Shown in pieces: positions 47,182 to 57,693 of a stretch of DNA of 64,000 nucleotides. Each line of letters starts with the position of its first letter. The stretch's first letter is position 1. A model generated the notes under the pieces. That model saw only the letters and a list, made by a program, of their open reading frames with translations. It was not told where the DNA came from and did no database searches. The position numbers and the translations under genes are program-made. This DNA is from an uncultured bacterium (lineage in GTDB: Bacteria; Hydrothermota; UBA3073; NMUJ01; CBEVQO01): contig CBEVQO010000001.1 in assembly GCA_965552055.1 (NCBI GenBank), positions 32,001 through 96,000 of the forward strand, written 5' to 3'.

Positions 47182-48502
47182 TCGTAACAGATATTCCCTT
47201 AACCCTTATGTAAGGTAAAGAATAGTTAAAAATCGTTTTCTTTTCTTTCGAAATACCTGTGATATTCATAAGCATATCGAAAACATTACCCTGAATCATT
47301 GTACCTATCAAAGGCTGGACAACTTCTCCATCTTTCACAAGATAACCACATTTAACAACTCCTGAAAATTCACCGGTAACGGGATTTACATTGCCTGAAA
47401 ATCTTTTAACTATTACTCCTTTTTTCATTTCTTTTATCAAATCATCTTTTTTCACATCACCTTCTTTAATTATAAAATTTGTAATATCAATAGAAGGTAC
47501 ACTCCTTGCTCCACCCGAAGCATGTCCCGTACTCTTTTTGCCCTCGCGCTTCGCAGAATAAGTATTGTAAATGAAAGAACGCAAAATTCCATTTTCGATG
47601 ATTGTGAGTGGACGATGTGGAACACCTTCTCTATCGAAAGCACCGCTACCAAGTGCACCTGGTATTGTGCCATCATCTATTATTGTCAAAAAATCAGACG
47701 CCACCCTTTTATCAAGTTTATCACGGAATTTACTTATCCCTTTGTGAACATTCTCCGCATTTATAGCATTTACAATGGGCAAACAAATAAGCTCAAGACC
47801 GGCAAAAGGTGTAATTAACATCTCTCCTTTAAAGCTCTCACCTTTCTTCGCACCAAGAGCCCCTATAACGCTCGCAGCAAATTCACGCACAACATCCCGA
47901 TAATTAAAATCTTTCAATTGAGTAGAACCAAGCCATTCATAATCCATAGAAGAAACTTTTTCGCCTTCCCTTGCCATTCCGAGTATCGAACCATAAATCG
48001 CTGTACCCTTCTCATGCAAATTTATACCTTTAGAATTAACAATATATCTTTCCCAGCAAGACACATGTACCCCTGCACGGTCAACAGAAATCCTTTCATC
48101 ATATTTACGCGCTATATCAAGCATATCAAGTGAATAATTCACAACATCTTCTACTTTCAACTTATCAACCTGTTTATCATACAAATCTTTAACTTCTTTT
48201 ACTTCTTCGGGTTCGGGTAGTTCATTAAATTCATCTGGCTGGGATGCTCTTGCAATTCTCACTGCATCTTCTGCAGCGGTCAAAAGTGCTTCTCTCGATA
48301 AGTTATTGGTATAAGCAAAACCCAGCGCTTTGGACTTAAATACCCTTATGCCTGCTCCGGATTTCCTGTCAGATTTCACAGTATCAATGTCATTTTTCTG
48401 AATAAGTGCATCCATTGTTTTCTCTATCCCCGCGTAAATCTCAACTTCATCGGCTCCCATCTTCAAAGTTTTATCCACTATTTCTTTTAACAAAGCCAAC
48501 AT
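47174..48502 (-). CDS. TldD/PmbA family protein (PmbA/TldE type)
   Basis: GIRVF...GFAYT, FDREGV, STGHA, VNPVTGEFS; no HExxxH; GGAGG-N5-ATG 48502. Confidence 0.88.
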   Translation of the reverse strand: MLALLKEIVDKTLKMGADEVEIYAGIEKTMDALIQKNDIDTVKSDRKSGAGIRVFKSKALGFAYTNNLSREALLTAAEDAVRIARASQPDEFNELPEPEEVKEVKDLYDKQVDKLKVEDVVNYSLDMLDIARKYDERISVDRAGVHVSCWERYIVNSKGINLHEKGTAIYGSILGMAREGEKVSSMDYEWLGSTQLKDFNYRDVVREFAASVIGALGAKKGESFKGEMLITPFAGLELICLPIVNAINAENVHKGISKFRDKLDKRVASDFLTIIDDGTIPGALGSGAFDREGVPHRPLTIIENGILRSFIYNTYSAKREGKKSTGHASGGARSVPSIDITNFIIKEGDVKKDDLIKEMKKGVIVKRFSGNVNPVTGEFSGVVKCGYLVKDGEVVQPLIGTMIQGNVFDMLMNITGISKEKKTIFNYSLPYIRVKGISVTSG

Positions 48503-48503
48503 C

Positions 48504-49319
48504 TCAACCTCCAATTTCCAAACTAAAATTTATTGATTTAAATGAATGTGTCAGCATCCCAATAGATATAAAATTTACTCCTGTTTTCGCATAATCCCTT
48601 ATATTGGAAAGATTTATGCCACCAGAAACTTCAAGTTCAAATGCTCCTTTCACGATATCAACAGCCCTTTTAACCTCATCTACGCTCATATTATCGAGCA
48701 AAACTCTATCAATCTTATCACTGTATTTTAAAGCAAATGTAAGCTCCTCGAGATTTTTTACTTCAACTATTACTTTATAATTTCTCTTTTCGGGTATTTT
48801 CTTTAGTGCCTCTTCAATTCCGCCGAGCGATGAAATATGATTGTCTTTTATCATCATAGCATCATATAGACCCATCCTGTGATTTTCCCCTCCTCCTACT
48901 TTCACCGCATATTTTTCCAATTCTCTTAGACAGGGAGTGGTTTTCCTTGTATCGAGTATTTTAACATTCAAATCTTCCACCTTTTCTACAAATTGTCTCG
49001 TAAGTGTTGCTATCCCCGATAATCTCATCAAAAAATTAAGAGCTGTTCTTTCTGCTTTCAAAATAGATGCTACCCTGCCGTGAAGAGTAGCAACGGGTTC
49101 CTCGGGTAAAATTTTTTCTCCGTCCTCTCTTAAAGGATTAAAAATAACCTCTTTATCAACCTCTTTAAAAACTTTCTCGCAAACTTTAATTCCACAGAGA
49201 ATGCATTCTTCCTTACAAATTATATAAGCATCTTTTACAAGATTTTTTGGTATAAGAGTATCTGTTGTAATATCACCTTTTCCAATATCTTCCTCAAGGG
49301 CTCTTTTTATTACATCCAC
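48504..49319 (-). CDS. nadC: Quinolinate phosphoribosyltransferase
   Basis: ALEEDIGKGDITT, DTRKTTP, HRMGL, KDNH, LLDNM, VSGGI. Confidence 0.97.
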   Translation of the reverse strand: MDVIKRALEEDIGKGDITTDTLIPKNLVKDAYIICKEECILCGIKVCEKVFKEVDKEVIFNPLREDGEKILPEEPVATLHGRVASILKAERTALNFLMRLSGIATLTRQFVEKVEDLNVKILDTRKTTPCLRELEKYAVKVGGGENHRMGLYDAMMIKDNHISSLGGIEEALKKIPEKRNYKVIVEVKNLEELTFALKYSDKIDRVLLDNMSVDEVKRAVDIVKGAFELEVSGGINLSNIRDYAKTGVNFISIGMLTHSFKSINFSLEIGG

Positions 49320-49324
49320 TTATT

Positions 49325-49351
49325 ATTTTAATCAAATATTTTCTTTGTCAA
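49325..49351 (-). promoter_or_regulatory. nadC promoter TTGACA-N15-TAAAAT, leaderless
   Basis: TAAAAT-aataa-GTG(49319), no SD. Confidence 0.75.
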
Positions 49352-49352
49352 C

Positions 49353-49567
49353 TTTAAGTGTTATAATTTTTAGCCCCGCCTCCCAATCCCCGCCTTCCCA
49401 TGTGCACACCCCTCCTTTCAGTCGGGGTGTGACAAAAGACCCATTGGTAATGAGCTCGGCTACGCCTCGCAATAAAAATTATGAGCAAAGCATCTTAGAA
49501 AGCCACATCTTGGTCAAGGCTGTGCCTTGCTCGCTTCGCTCGTAATAAATTTAAGGTGTTATAATTT
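49353..49567. repeat. Structured ~200-bp element bounded by near-identical direct repeats
   Basis: TTTAAGTGTTATAATTT (49353-49369) and TTTAAGGTGTTATAATTT (49550-49567); internal hairpins and two REP-like GCTCG..CGC.TCG.AATAAA units. Confidence 0.55.
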
Positions 49568-49639
49568 CTATCGCGCTTACTATTTGCCCATTTTCTATTT
49601 TCCAAACCTCGTAATTTGCTACCAATCTCAATAATTTTA

Positions 49640-49666
49640 TTGACAAAAACCGATTTTCTTTATATT
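49640..49666 (+). promoter_or_regulatory. Promoter TTGACA-N15-TATATT
   Basis: Read directly; followed by AAGGAGG and ATG 49684. Confidence 0.75.
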
Positions 49667-49683
49667 TAGAGAAGGAGGGGAGA

Positions 49684-50367
49684 ATGCGTGTAGGAATAAT
49701 GTTAGCGGTATTTACTTTGGTAGAGACACTAAACGCAATAACACTGGACGAAATCGTAAAGAAAATGGAAGAAAGGGAAAAGAAATTGTGGGAAGCGAAA
49801 GATGTAATGACGATAATGGAGTCAGGAACAGTTATGCCAACAGGAGAAAGAATGAAGATAAAAACAATATCCTATAAAAAAGGCAAAAAGTTCAGAATAG
49901 ACATGGAAAATCCCTTTACTGGCAAAATGATAATGCTATTTGACGGAAAAGATTACTGGACAATAAGTGCAATGGGTAAAATGAAAACAACTTCAATGCA
50001 GGAACAAACACAGGTCATACAGACTTACTCAAAATACATCAAAAATGGTAAACTTATGGGAACAGAAACAGTGGAAGGAAGAGAATGCTATTACATCAAG
50101 ATAACGCCCACGAAGGATAATCCTTATCTTGCAATGTGGGTGGATAAAGAATGGCTATATCCCATCAAGGCAAAAATTCAATCCCCACAGGGTGAAATGA
50201 TAGTTATAGCAAAAGATTTTAGAGAAGAAAAAGGTATAGGAATGGTTCCTCATATAATCGAAACTCAGGGAGCTGGAATTTCGAACATCACAGTAATAAA
50301 AGAAGTAAAGGTAAATACAGGATTAAGCGATGATTTATTCGACCCCGCAAAAATTGAAATAAAATAA
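49684..50367 (+). CDS. LolA-like outer-membrane lipoprotein-sorting protein
   Basis: Signal peptide; KGKKFRID, FDGKDYW, GTETVEGRECY, WVDKE, VNTGLSDDLF. Confidence 0.78.
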   Translation: MRVGIMLAVFTLVETLNAITLDEIVKKMEEREKKLWEAKDVMTIMESGTVMPTGERMKIKTISYKKGKKFRIDMENPFTGKMIMLFDGKDYWTISAMGKMKTTSMQEQTQVIQTYSKYIKNGKLMGTETVEGRECYYIKITPTKDNPYLAMWVDKEWLYPIKAKIQSPQGEMIVIAKDFREEKGIGMVPHIIETQGAGISNITVIKEVKVNTGLSDDLFDPAKIEIK

Positions 50368-50379
50368 AAAGGAGGGGAA

Positions 50380-51765
50380 ATGCGTAAATTCTTTTTAATC
50401 TTATCAATATGTTTTCTGATATCACCACTTTACGCCAAAAGAAAAGGTCTGCCTGAATGGGCAGTTACCCATCGCCACCCAAAGTATCCCGAAAAAGTTT
50501 ACATTCTGGGAGTAGGATTAGCTGACATGACAGGAGCAGATAAGGAAGACCTCGAAAGAGCAAAAGCATCAGCACTATCAGACATAGCATCACAAATTGA
50601 AGTAAAAATAAAATCTAATTTGAGAATGATAGAAAATGAAGTTAAGTCAAAAAGGGGAATCTCTTACACTGAATACATCGAAAAGAGAACAGAACAGGAT
50701 GTAGAAGCGTGTTTGAGAGGGGTACAAATCGTCATCACAGGTTTTGCACCAAAAGAAAAAACAGCATATTGCCTGGCTGTGCTACACAGAGCAAAAGCAG
50801 CATCTCTTATCGAAGAAGAATTAAATTCTTTACTGAAAGATATAAAAAGCTTGCTTTCTGATGCAGATAAATATTACGAAGAAGGCAAAGTTGTAACAGC
50901 AATTCAAAGTTTGAAAAAAGCAATCGATAAATTTTATCAGGCAGAATCAAAGAAAGTGTTGCTTAACTCAATAAGTCCTGTACCTGCTTTTGAAACTTCA
51001 CCAATCACAATCGAAGATATTTTCTCAAAAATAAGAAGAATATTGAATGAAATAGAGATAGAAAAAGTATCGGGTGATAATCAGGAAGCAGAGATCGGAA
51101 GGAATCTACCAGAGCCACTTTGTGTAAAAGTAACGGCAAAAGGCAAACCCATACATCCAATCGAAGTTACATTTTCCTATGCAAAAGGCGGTAAAATCGG
51201 TAAAGCAATTACAGATAAGGAAGGGATTGCAAAAATAGAAGCAATCGCAAAAAAACAAAAAGGCAAATTCGGATATATTATCGCAAAAATTGAAATACCA
51301 GGATTACCAGATGAATTCATTGATCAGCTCGATTTAATAAAAGTAAAATTTACATACTCTATCAAAGGCATAGAATACTATGTTGGCATAAGAGTAAGGA
51401 ATAAAGAATTTGCGTCTGCAATTAAAGAAGCGCTTACAAAAGCAGGTGTGAGATTTTCAGAAAAAGCAAGATGCTATATAAAGGGAGAAATTGGAACATC
51501 GTATCAGGGAAAAGTAACGGGCTTCGCAGGTGATGTTCACAGATTTGAAGCCAAAGCAATTATAACCTTAATTGACAGAAAAACAGGGGGCGATGTAAAA
51601 ACATGGACAATTAAAGCAACAGGAACGGATAAAGACAGAAATATCGCAAGGAGAAAGGCATTGGAAAATCTCTTCAAAAAAATTGTGAAAAAGTTCGGGA
51701 AAGATTTCATAGAAGACATTGGCTCGGAACTCGATAAAACACCGGATTTACTTAAAGAAATGTGA
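50380..51765 (+). CDS. Exported LPP20-like protein with Ig-like domain
   Basis: PEWA...ILGVG...AKASALSDIASQIEV; VSGDNQ...LPEPL...TDKEGIA. Confidence 0.6.
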   Translation: MRKFFLILSICFLISPLYAKRKGLPEWAVTHRHPKYPEKVYILGVGLADMTGADKEDLERAKASALSDIASQIEVKIKSNLRMIENEVKSKRGISYTEYIEKRTEQDVEACLRGVQIVITGFAPKEKTAYCLAVLHRAKAASLIEEELNSLLKDIKSLLSDADKYYEEGKVVTAIQSLKKAIDKFYQAESKKVLLNSISPVPAFETSPITIEDIFSKIRRILNEIEIEKVSGDNQEAEIGRNLPEPLCVKVTAKGKPIHPIEVTFSYAKGGKIGKAITDKEGIAKIEAIAKKQKGKFGYIIAKIEIPGLPDEFIDQLDLIKVKFTYSIKGIEYYVGIRVRNKEFASAIKEALTKAGVRFSEKARCYIKGEIGTSYQGKVTGFAGDVHRFEAKAIITLIDRKTGGDVKTWTIKATGTDKDRNIARRKALENLFKKIVKKFGKDFIEDIGSELDKTPDLLKEM

Positions 51766-52280
51766 AAGAATTACTCTTGACTTTTTTAAAAATTGGATTA
51801 ATAGGATATGGTGGTGGGAATGCTGTTTTCCGTGTATTACTATCAGAAGTTGTCGAAAAGAAAGGCTGGTTTACGCTTCCAGAAATCGTTAATATGTTCT
51901 CATTAGCCCAAACAGCACCAGGTTTGATAATACCAAAGCTCGCTGTAATCTGTGGATATAAAAAAGCAGGGATACCCGGAGCAATTGTAAGTTTCTTTGC
52001 AGTAAATTTACCGGGAATTATAATTTGCATGGCAATATTTGCAATTTACTGGAAATACGGTAAACATCCCGTTTTCAATCGTATCCTATGCGGAATAAAA
52101 CCCATAGTAGCTGCACTCGTATTTTCAGCTTTTCTAATGATATTTAAAGGCGGAAATTTGCTTAATTGGAAATCAATTTTGATTTTCTGCGGTGCACTCG
52201 TAATGTTAATAGCATTTAAGATTCATCCTTTATGGTTAATCATTGCCGGAATTTGTTTAGGTTTATTGATATTTAAATAG
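51762..52280 (+). CDS. Short-chain chromate transporter (CHR family)
   Basis: [35 protein letters not shown]. Confidence 0.88.
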   Translation: MKELLLTFLKIGLIGYGGGNAVFRVLLSEVVEKKGWFTLPEIVNMFSLAQTAPGLIIPKLAVICGYKKAGIPGAIVSFFAVNLPGIIICMAIFAIYWKYGKHPVFNRILCGIKPIVAALVFSAFLMIFKGGNLLNWKSILIFCGALVMLIAFKIHPLWLIIAGICLGLLIFK

Positions 52281-52288
52281 GAGACAAA

Positions 52289-53500
52289 ATGAATGAATTC
52301 AAATTTAATACAATTGAAGAAGCTATAGAAGACATAAAATCGGGTAAAATGGTAATATGTGTAGATGATGAAGATAGAGAAAACGAAGGCGATTTCATAA
52401 TGGCGGCAGAAAAAGTTACTCCTCAGGATATAAACTTTATGACAAAGGAAGGAAGAGGACTTATTTGTGTTGCGCTTCCTCGTAAACGCCTTGAAGAGTT
52501 GCAAATACCGCTTATGGTGCCACACAATACAGCGCTACACGAGACAGCATTCACGGTCACCGTTGATTACAAAATAGGGACAACAACAGGTAGCAGTGCA
52601 TTTGACAGGGCAAAAACGATAAAAGCACTCTGTGACCCAAATGCAAAACCCGAAGATTTTGCACGCCCAGGACATGTTTTCCCATTATGCGTAGTAGAAG
52701 GAGGAGTTTTACGCAGAGCAGGGCACACAGAAGCCGCCCATGACCTTGCAAAACTGGCAGGATTGTATCCAGCAGGTGTTCTATGCGAAATACTGGACGA
52801 CGACGGACATATGGCAAGAGTACCAAAATTAATGAAAATAGCAAAAAAATTCGGACTAAAAATAATAACAATAAAAGATTTAATCGAATACAGAAGAAAA
52901 AGAGAAAAATTGGTGGAAAGAATTGTTGAAACTGTCTTACCCACGGTTTATGGGGAATTCAAGCTTTATCTTTATGAGGATGTGATAACGAAAGAGCATC
53001 ATGTTGCTCTTGTTATGGGAGAAGTAAAAGGTAAACAAAATGTTTTGGTAAGGGTGCATTCTCAGTGTTTAACTGGTGATGTTTTTGGCTCTTTGCGTTG
53101 CGATTGCAGATACCAACTTGAAAAGTCAATGGAGATGATAGCAAAAGAAGGTCAGGGAGTTTTACTCTATATGCGTCAGGAAGGAAGAGGAATTGGTTTA
53201 AAAGACAAATTAAGAGCTTATGAATTGCAGGATAAAGGTTATGATACTGTGGAAGCAAACTTAAAGTTAGGAAAGCCGCCTGATTTAAGGGATTATGGAA
53301 TAGGTGCACAAATCCTGTGCGACCTGGGACTATCAACAATAAGATTGATAACCAATAATCCAAAAAAGATTGTAGGATTAGAAGGTCATGGATTAAAAGT
53401 AGTGGAGAGGGTGCCAATAGAGGCACCCCCCAACAGGTTCAATCGCCGCTATCTACTTACAAAGAAAACCAAATTAGGACATCTCATAAACATCGATTGA
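52289..53500 (+). CDS. ribBA: Bifunctional DHBP synthase / GTP cyclohydrolase II
   Basis: [33 protein letters not shown]...[18 protein letters not shown]. Confidence 0.97.
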   Translation: MNEFKFNTIEEAIEDIKSGKMVICVDDEDRENEGDFIMAAEKVTPQDINFMTKEGRGLICVALPRKRLEELQIPLMVPHNTALHETAFTVTVDYKIGTTTGSSAFDRAKTIKALCDPNAKPEDFARPGHVFPLCVVEGGVLRRAGHTEAAHDLAKLAGLYPAGVLCEILDDDGHMARVPKLMKIAKKFGLKIITIKDLIEYRRKREKLVERIVETVLPTVYGEFKLYLYEDVITKEHHVALVMGEVKGKQNVLVRVHSQCLTGDVFGSLRCDCRYQLEKSMEMIAKEGQGVLLYMRQEGRGIGLKDKLRAYELQDKGYDTVEANLKLGKPPDLRDYGIGAQILCDLGLSTIRLITNNPKKIVGLEGHGLKVVERVPIEAPPNRFNRRYLLTKKTKLGHLINID

Positions 53501-56500
53501 CTATTTCGTTACCAGTATCTTCTCGCTCTTAGTGTAATTGCCAGCCTGGAATTTCACAAAGTATATACCGCCCGCCAGATCCAGCTTCTTAACATTATAA
53601 GTATAACGACCGGCTGATTGGATGATGTTCAGCAACTCTTTAACCTCTCTTCCTGTTATATCGCACAGTGTTATCCTGACCCTCGATTCCTCCGGCAATG
53701 CATATTTTATAACAAGATTATCCCGCACAGGATTCGGATATACGCCCTGAAGCTCGTAAGATACCGGCTTTGTAGCTACAAGTGCAAGCGGTTTTATCGT
53801 AAATCTAATGGGAGTATCAGGGAAAGTCACCTTATTGCCCACTACATCTTTCACCACAAAGTAATACTCAACTGTAGTATTCGGGTCCTGCTTTGGTATA
53901 AGTGCTTTGAAAGTAGACTTATCTTCTTTCATCATAGCAACAGGAATCCACACAGGATAAATGGACGCCCTGTAAATCAACTTCGCAGAATCAACTCCGC
54001 AATTATCAACAGCAACTACCTTCACCCAGAATGGACCGGGATATGTCGTATCGCTCAAAACCGTATAAGAGGTAACCGTGGGCTTTGTAAGATCGAGTGT
54101 GAAAGAATAGGTAACAGACCATGGACCAACATTACCTGCCTCATCAAATGCCCTTGCTTTCCAGTAATAAGTCTTTTCTTCGGTTAATTTCACATAGGTA
54201 TAATACCAGTGCTTAACGGTATCACAGCGGATAATCGACATGAAATTGGGGTCATCCGAAACTACAAATACATAGAATAAAACACTATGATAACCTGTCT
54301 CAAGTTCCTCAACATTCTGACATTCTAATTTCACATTTGTATCACCGATAACTCCTCCATCTTCCGGATAGACCAGTGCAGGTGCAGGTGGAGCCTTCGT
54401 ATCAATTTTGAAATGCCTTATATCAGCCCATGGAGTGCATTTACCAGAAGTATTCCATGCCCTGACAGACCAGAAGTATTCACTATCAGGTAAAGTAATA
54501 ACACATTGAGTTTGACCAGCAGGAAGCACAGTATCTACAATCGCGGACATCGATGAAAATTCATCGGAAGAAATCCCAACAGGTGGATAAACAGCTACAA
54601 CCTTTAATTCAAAACCTTGCAATGTCCCAGGAGCATACCACGGCTGACTAAACCTCCATACAAATTTCACAGAAGAAGTATTAAACGCTCCTATTGGACT
54701 ATCCGTACCTACACCAGCAGCCCAGAGAGTATCCAGGACAAAGTGCACCAATGTAGACCAGTCACTCTCATTACCGGCTTCGTCCATAGCTTTAACTCTC
54801 CACCAGTATTCACTGTAAGGCTGAAGCAACTTAACCGTATCATAATTAACCTCAACTGTATCAATATGCAACAGGGAAGTAAGTCCACTATCCGTATAAA
54901 CTTCAATTATATAATCCACAGGCGTGACCCCTCCTTTTGCTTCCGAACCCAAATACCATCTAAATACCACGATTGTATCGTTTAAGCGAACATCCTTCGG
55001 GAAAGACGGTAAAGGAGTAGCAGGTGGCTTCGTATCATATACAAATCCCCATTTCTCAGACCACTCTCCTCTATTCCCGGCAAGGTCTACCGCTCTAACA
55101 TGCCAGACAAAATCCGCATCTATTTGAGGAACAACGACACATGTAGTGTCATTCAACACAAATGCAGTCTCAGCATACCCTCCATCAAAGGAATAAATTT
55201 CCACTTCATAGCCAGCTATGCCAGCGTTATCACCAGCCGATGTCCAGACAAGTGTCGGAGGTGTATTGATGTAAGCACCATTAACAGGAGAAATCAACGA
55301 AGGCACACCAGGAGGAACAGTATCAACACTGAAGCTCCAAACAGAAGAATATCCGCTCCTGTTACCTGCACCATCAACAGCATAAACTCTCCAGTAATAT
55401 GTCGCTTCCTGTAAATCAGGAATAATAAATTCTGTGTCAACAGTTGTACCAGAATCTTTAATTGCAAATGTAGGATCCGTTGAATAATCAACCACATAAT
55501 AGCTTACACCCGTTAAATCATCGGTAGAACTCCTCCACACCAGCCTTCCATCATTTGAATAACCTCCGTCATCAGGAGACACAAGCTGAGGAACACTCGG
55601 AGCAATAGTGTCATCTAAATTAAATCGCCAGATATTAGCAATCGTACTAGCATTACCGGCTTTATCGTAAGCTCTGACAGTCCATACCCAAATCCCTGTT
55701 TGGGTAAGAGTCAAAGTATAAATGGTATCAAGTGTATGAATTTTATAACTGTCACTTATACTCTTAACTACCAGCTCATAATACATCAAACCCGAAGGAG
55801 CATCCGTAACGGAATTCCATATAAATAATGTAGGATAAGAATATAAAGTTTCATTATCCGCAGGACTCACCATAGAAGGTGAAGGCGGAATTGTTATATC
55901 CACCCCAAACAAAAGAGTATTAGAACAGGTTGACTTATCTGCATTATCAATTGCTATCACATACCAATCATGCCAGCCCTCCGATACTTTTTTAGTATAA
56001 ACTGTATCAAGCCCAACGGTATCATAATTGCCATCCACAACGAGTACATAGTATTTCAAACCTACACCAGCATCATAACTGCTATGCCAGACAAATGTAA
56101 CCATAGTATCATTAAGCCAAACACTATCGGGCGATATCAAACTAAATGAAGATGGAGGAGATGTATCAATCCAGAAATAAGAACCGCTCCAGCTATTCCA
56201 GTTACCAACAGAATCCAGTGTCCAAACACGCCAGTAAAATAGACCTTCGGATAATACCAAAACTATTTGAGTATCAGATAAAATCGTATCCAGAATGATA
56301 TTCAGAGTATCATTTTTAGCGATCTCCAGATTATAATAAACGGGTGAACCTGCATCCTGCTCGTTTGACCAGGCGAACAGAATTTGTGTGCTATCAATAA
56401 CAACCCCAGGAGCAGGCTGACGCAATACAGCAGTATCAGGCGCAGTGGTGTCAATCCTTATCACAAATGTATCAGAAGACAAAGAATCCCGTAGCACAGT

Positions 56501-56725
56501 ATCATACGCCATAACATACCAGTAATGCAAACCTTCAAGATTCAATGTCTCTGTTACTGTGGTATCACCCGTTATCCCTATCGTAGTATCATCAATCCTC
56601 AGTGCGTAAATATCTGCCTGAGCATCCGTCCATACGAATGTCACAACCTTATTTGTCCATGCAGTGTCTGCTGGCTTCACAAGATTAAAAGGCATCAACC
56701 CTATCAACACAATCAACACACCCAT
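53501..56725 (-). CDS. Large exported protein of tandem FN3/Ig-like repeats with T9SS-type C-terminal domain
   Basis: About 8-9 repeats D.T.P..P.L.SP...W...Y...W.V.A.D.AGN; YPNPV...DITGREV...GIYFV...KILVTK. Confidence 0.8.
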   Translation of the reverse strand: MGVLIVLIGLMPFNLVKPADTAWTNKVVTFVWTDAQADIYALRIDDTTIGITGDTTVTETLNLEGLHYWYVMAYDTVLRDSLSSDTFVIRIDTTAPDTAVLRQPAPGVVIDSTQILFAWSNEQDAGSPVYYNLEIAKNDTLNIILDTILSDTQIVLVLSEGLFYWRVWTLDSVGNWNSWSGSYFWIDTSPPSSFSLISPDSVWLNDTMVTFVWHSSYDAGVGLKYYVLVVDGNYDTVGLDTVYTKKVSEGWHDWYVIAIDNADKSTCSNTLLFGVDITIPPSPSMVSPADNETLYSYPTLFIWNSVTDAPSGLMYYELVVKSISDSYKIHTLDTIYTLTLTQTGIWVWTVRAYDKAGNASTIANIWRFNLDDTIAPSVPQLVSPDDGGYSNDGRLVWRSSTDDLTGVSYYVVDYSTDPTFAIKDSGTTVDTEFIIPDLQEATYYWRVYAVDGAGNRSGYSSVWSFSVDTVPPGVPSLISPVNGAYINTPPTLVWTSAGDNAGIAGYEVEIYSFDGGYAETAFVLNDTTCVVVPQIDADFVWHVRAVDLAGNRGEWSEKWGFVYDTKPPATPLPSFPKDVRLNDTIVVFRWYLGSEAKGGVTPVDYIIEVYTDSGLTSLLHIDTVEVNYDTVKLLQPYSEYWWRVKAMDEAGNESDWSTLVHFVLDTLWAAGVGTDSPIGAFNTSSVKFVWRFSQPWYAPGTLQGFELKVVAVYPPVGISSDEFSSMSAIVDTVLPAGQTQCVITLPDSEYFWSVRAWNTSGKCTPWADIRHFKIDTKAPPAPALVYPEDGGVIGDTNVKLECQNVEELETGYHSVLFYVFVVSDDPNFMSIIRCDTVKHWYYTYVKLTEEKTYYWKARAFDEAGNVGPWSVTYSFTLDLTKPTVTSYTVLSDTTYPGPFWVKVVAVDNCGVDSAKLIYRASIYPVWIPVAMMKEDKSTFKALIPKQDPNTTVEYYFVVKDVVGNKVTFPDTPIRFTIKPLALVATKPVSYELQGVYPNPVRDNLVIKYALPEESRVRITLCDITGREVKELLNIIQSAGRYTYNVKKLDLAGGIYFVKFQAGNYTKSEKILVTK

Positions 56726-56745
56726 ACTCCCCCCTAACTTCTTTT

Positions 56746-56833
56746 ATTTAAATCATCATCCAAATTTGTCAAGAAAAAATTTTTAAAAATTTTTAAAAAT
56801 TTATAATTGACACTTCCACAATAAAATTAAATT
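56746..56833. promoter_or_regulatory. Divergent promoters: minus TTGACA-N15-TTAAAT; plus TTGACA-N15-TAAATT; A5T5 tandem between them
   Basis: TGTCAA 56767-56772, TTGACA 56807-56812. Confidence 0.65.
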
Positions 56834-56841
56834 TATTTCAG

Positions 56842-57693
56842 GTGATACCTTATTGGATAAAAGAAAAAAAGAAAATCTCAACGCAAGAATATAAAAAGAT
56901 AAAAGGAATGCTGGAAAATTATGGCTTGCACACTGTTTGTCAGGAGGCCCGCTGTCCAAATATCTATGAGTGCTTCAAAAGTGGAACAGCTACTTTCTTA
57001 ATACTCGGTAATATCTGTACGAGAAATTGCAGATTCTGTGCTATAAAAAAGGGAGTGCCTCAGAAAGTTGACCCCCTTGAGCCCAACAAAGTTGCGGATT
57101 GCATTTATAAAATGGGTATTGATTTTGCAGTTATAACATCTGTAACAAGGGACGATTTAGAAAATGGAGGAGCTTCTCATTTTGTAAAAACGATGAAAAA
57201 AATAAGGGAAAAGAAAAAAGATATCAAAATCGAAATACTCATACCAGATTTTAAAGGAAATATGGATGCTTTAAATCTATTACTGGAAGAAAAGCCAGAT
57301 GTGTTAAATCACAATGTAGAAACTATTAAAAGATTATATCCAGAAGTAAGACCCCTTGCAAATTATGAATTGTCATTAAAAATTTTAAAATTTTTTGCCG
57401 ATAATAGCATCATCACAAAATCAGGATTCATGGTTGGACTTGGAGAAACATTAGACGAAATAATTAAATTAATGGAAGATTTAAGGGAAGCAGGGGTGCA
57501 AATTTTAACGATTGGACAGTATCTTCGCCCTACGATGCATCATTTACCTGTAAAAAAATACTACCACCCTGATGAATTTGAAAAGCTAAAAGAAATTGCA
57601 TATAATATCGGATTTAAATTCGTGGTATCGGGTCCCTTTGTTCGCAGTTCTTATCGTGCAAAGGAGGCTTATTTTTCCTGCTCAACTATCTGA
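56842..57693 (+). CDS. lipA: Lipoyl synthase
   Basis: CQEARCPNIYEC, CTRNCRFC, VRSSYRA. Confidence 0.97.
   Translation: MIPYWIKEKKKISTQEYKKIKGMLENYGLHTVCQEARCPNIYECFKSGTATFLILGNICTRNCRFCAIKKGVPQKVDPLEPNKVADCIYKMGIDFAVITSVTRDDLENGGASHFVKTMKKIREKKKDIKIEILIPDFKGNMDALNLLLEEKPDVLNHNVETIKRLYPEVRPLANYELSLKILKFFADNSIITKSGFMVGLGETLDEIIKLMEDLREAGVQILTIGQYLRPTMHHLPVKKYYHPDEFEKLKEIAYNIGFKFVVSGPFVRSSYRAKEAYFSCSTI

Noticed and set aside
52281..52288. FMN riboswitch before ribBA
   Set aside because: The intergenic gap is only 8 nt
53618..55497. Antisense ORFs up to 189 aa inside the repeat protein gene (similar ones lie inside lon, ino1, ribBA and the FecR gene)
   Set aside because: Shadow frames of well-supported genes, with no recognisable motifs or initiation signals
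56774..56802. AAAAATTTTT tandem repeat as a CRISPR or iteron array
   Set aside because: Only about three low-complexity units with no spacers; at most a UP/bending tract
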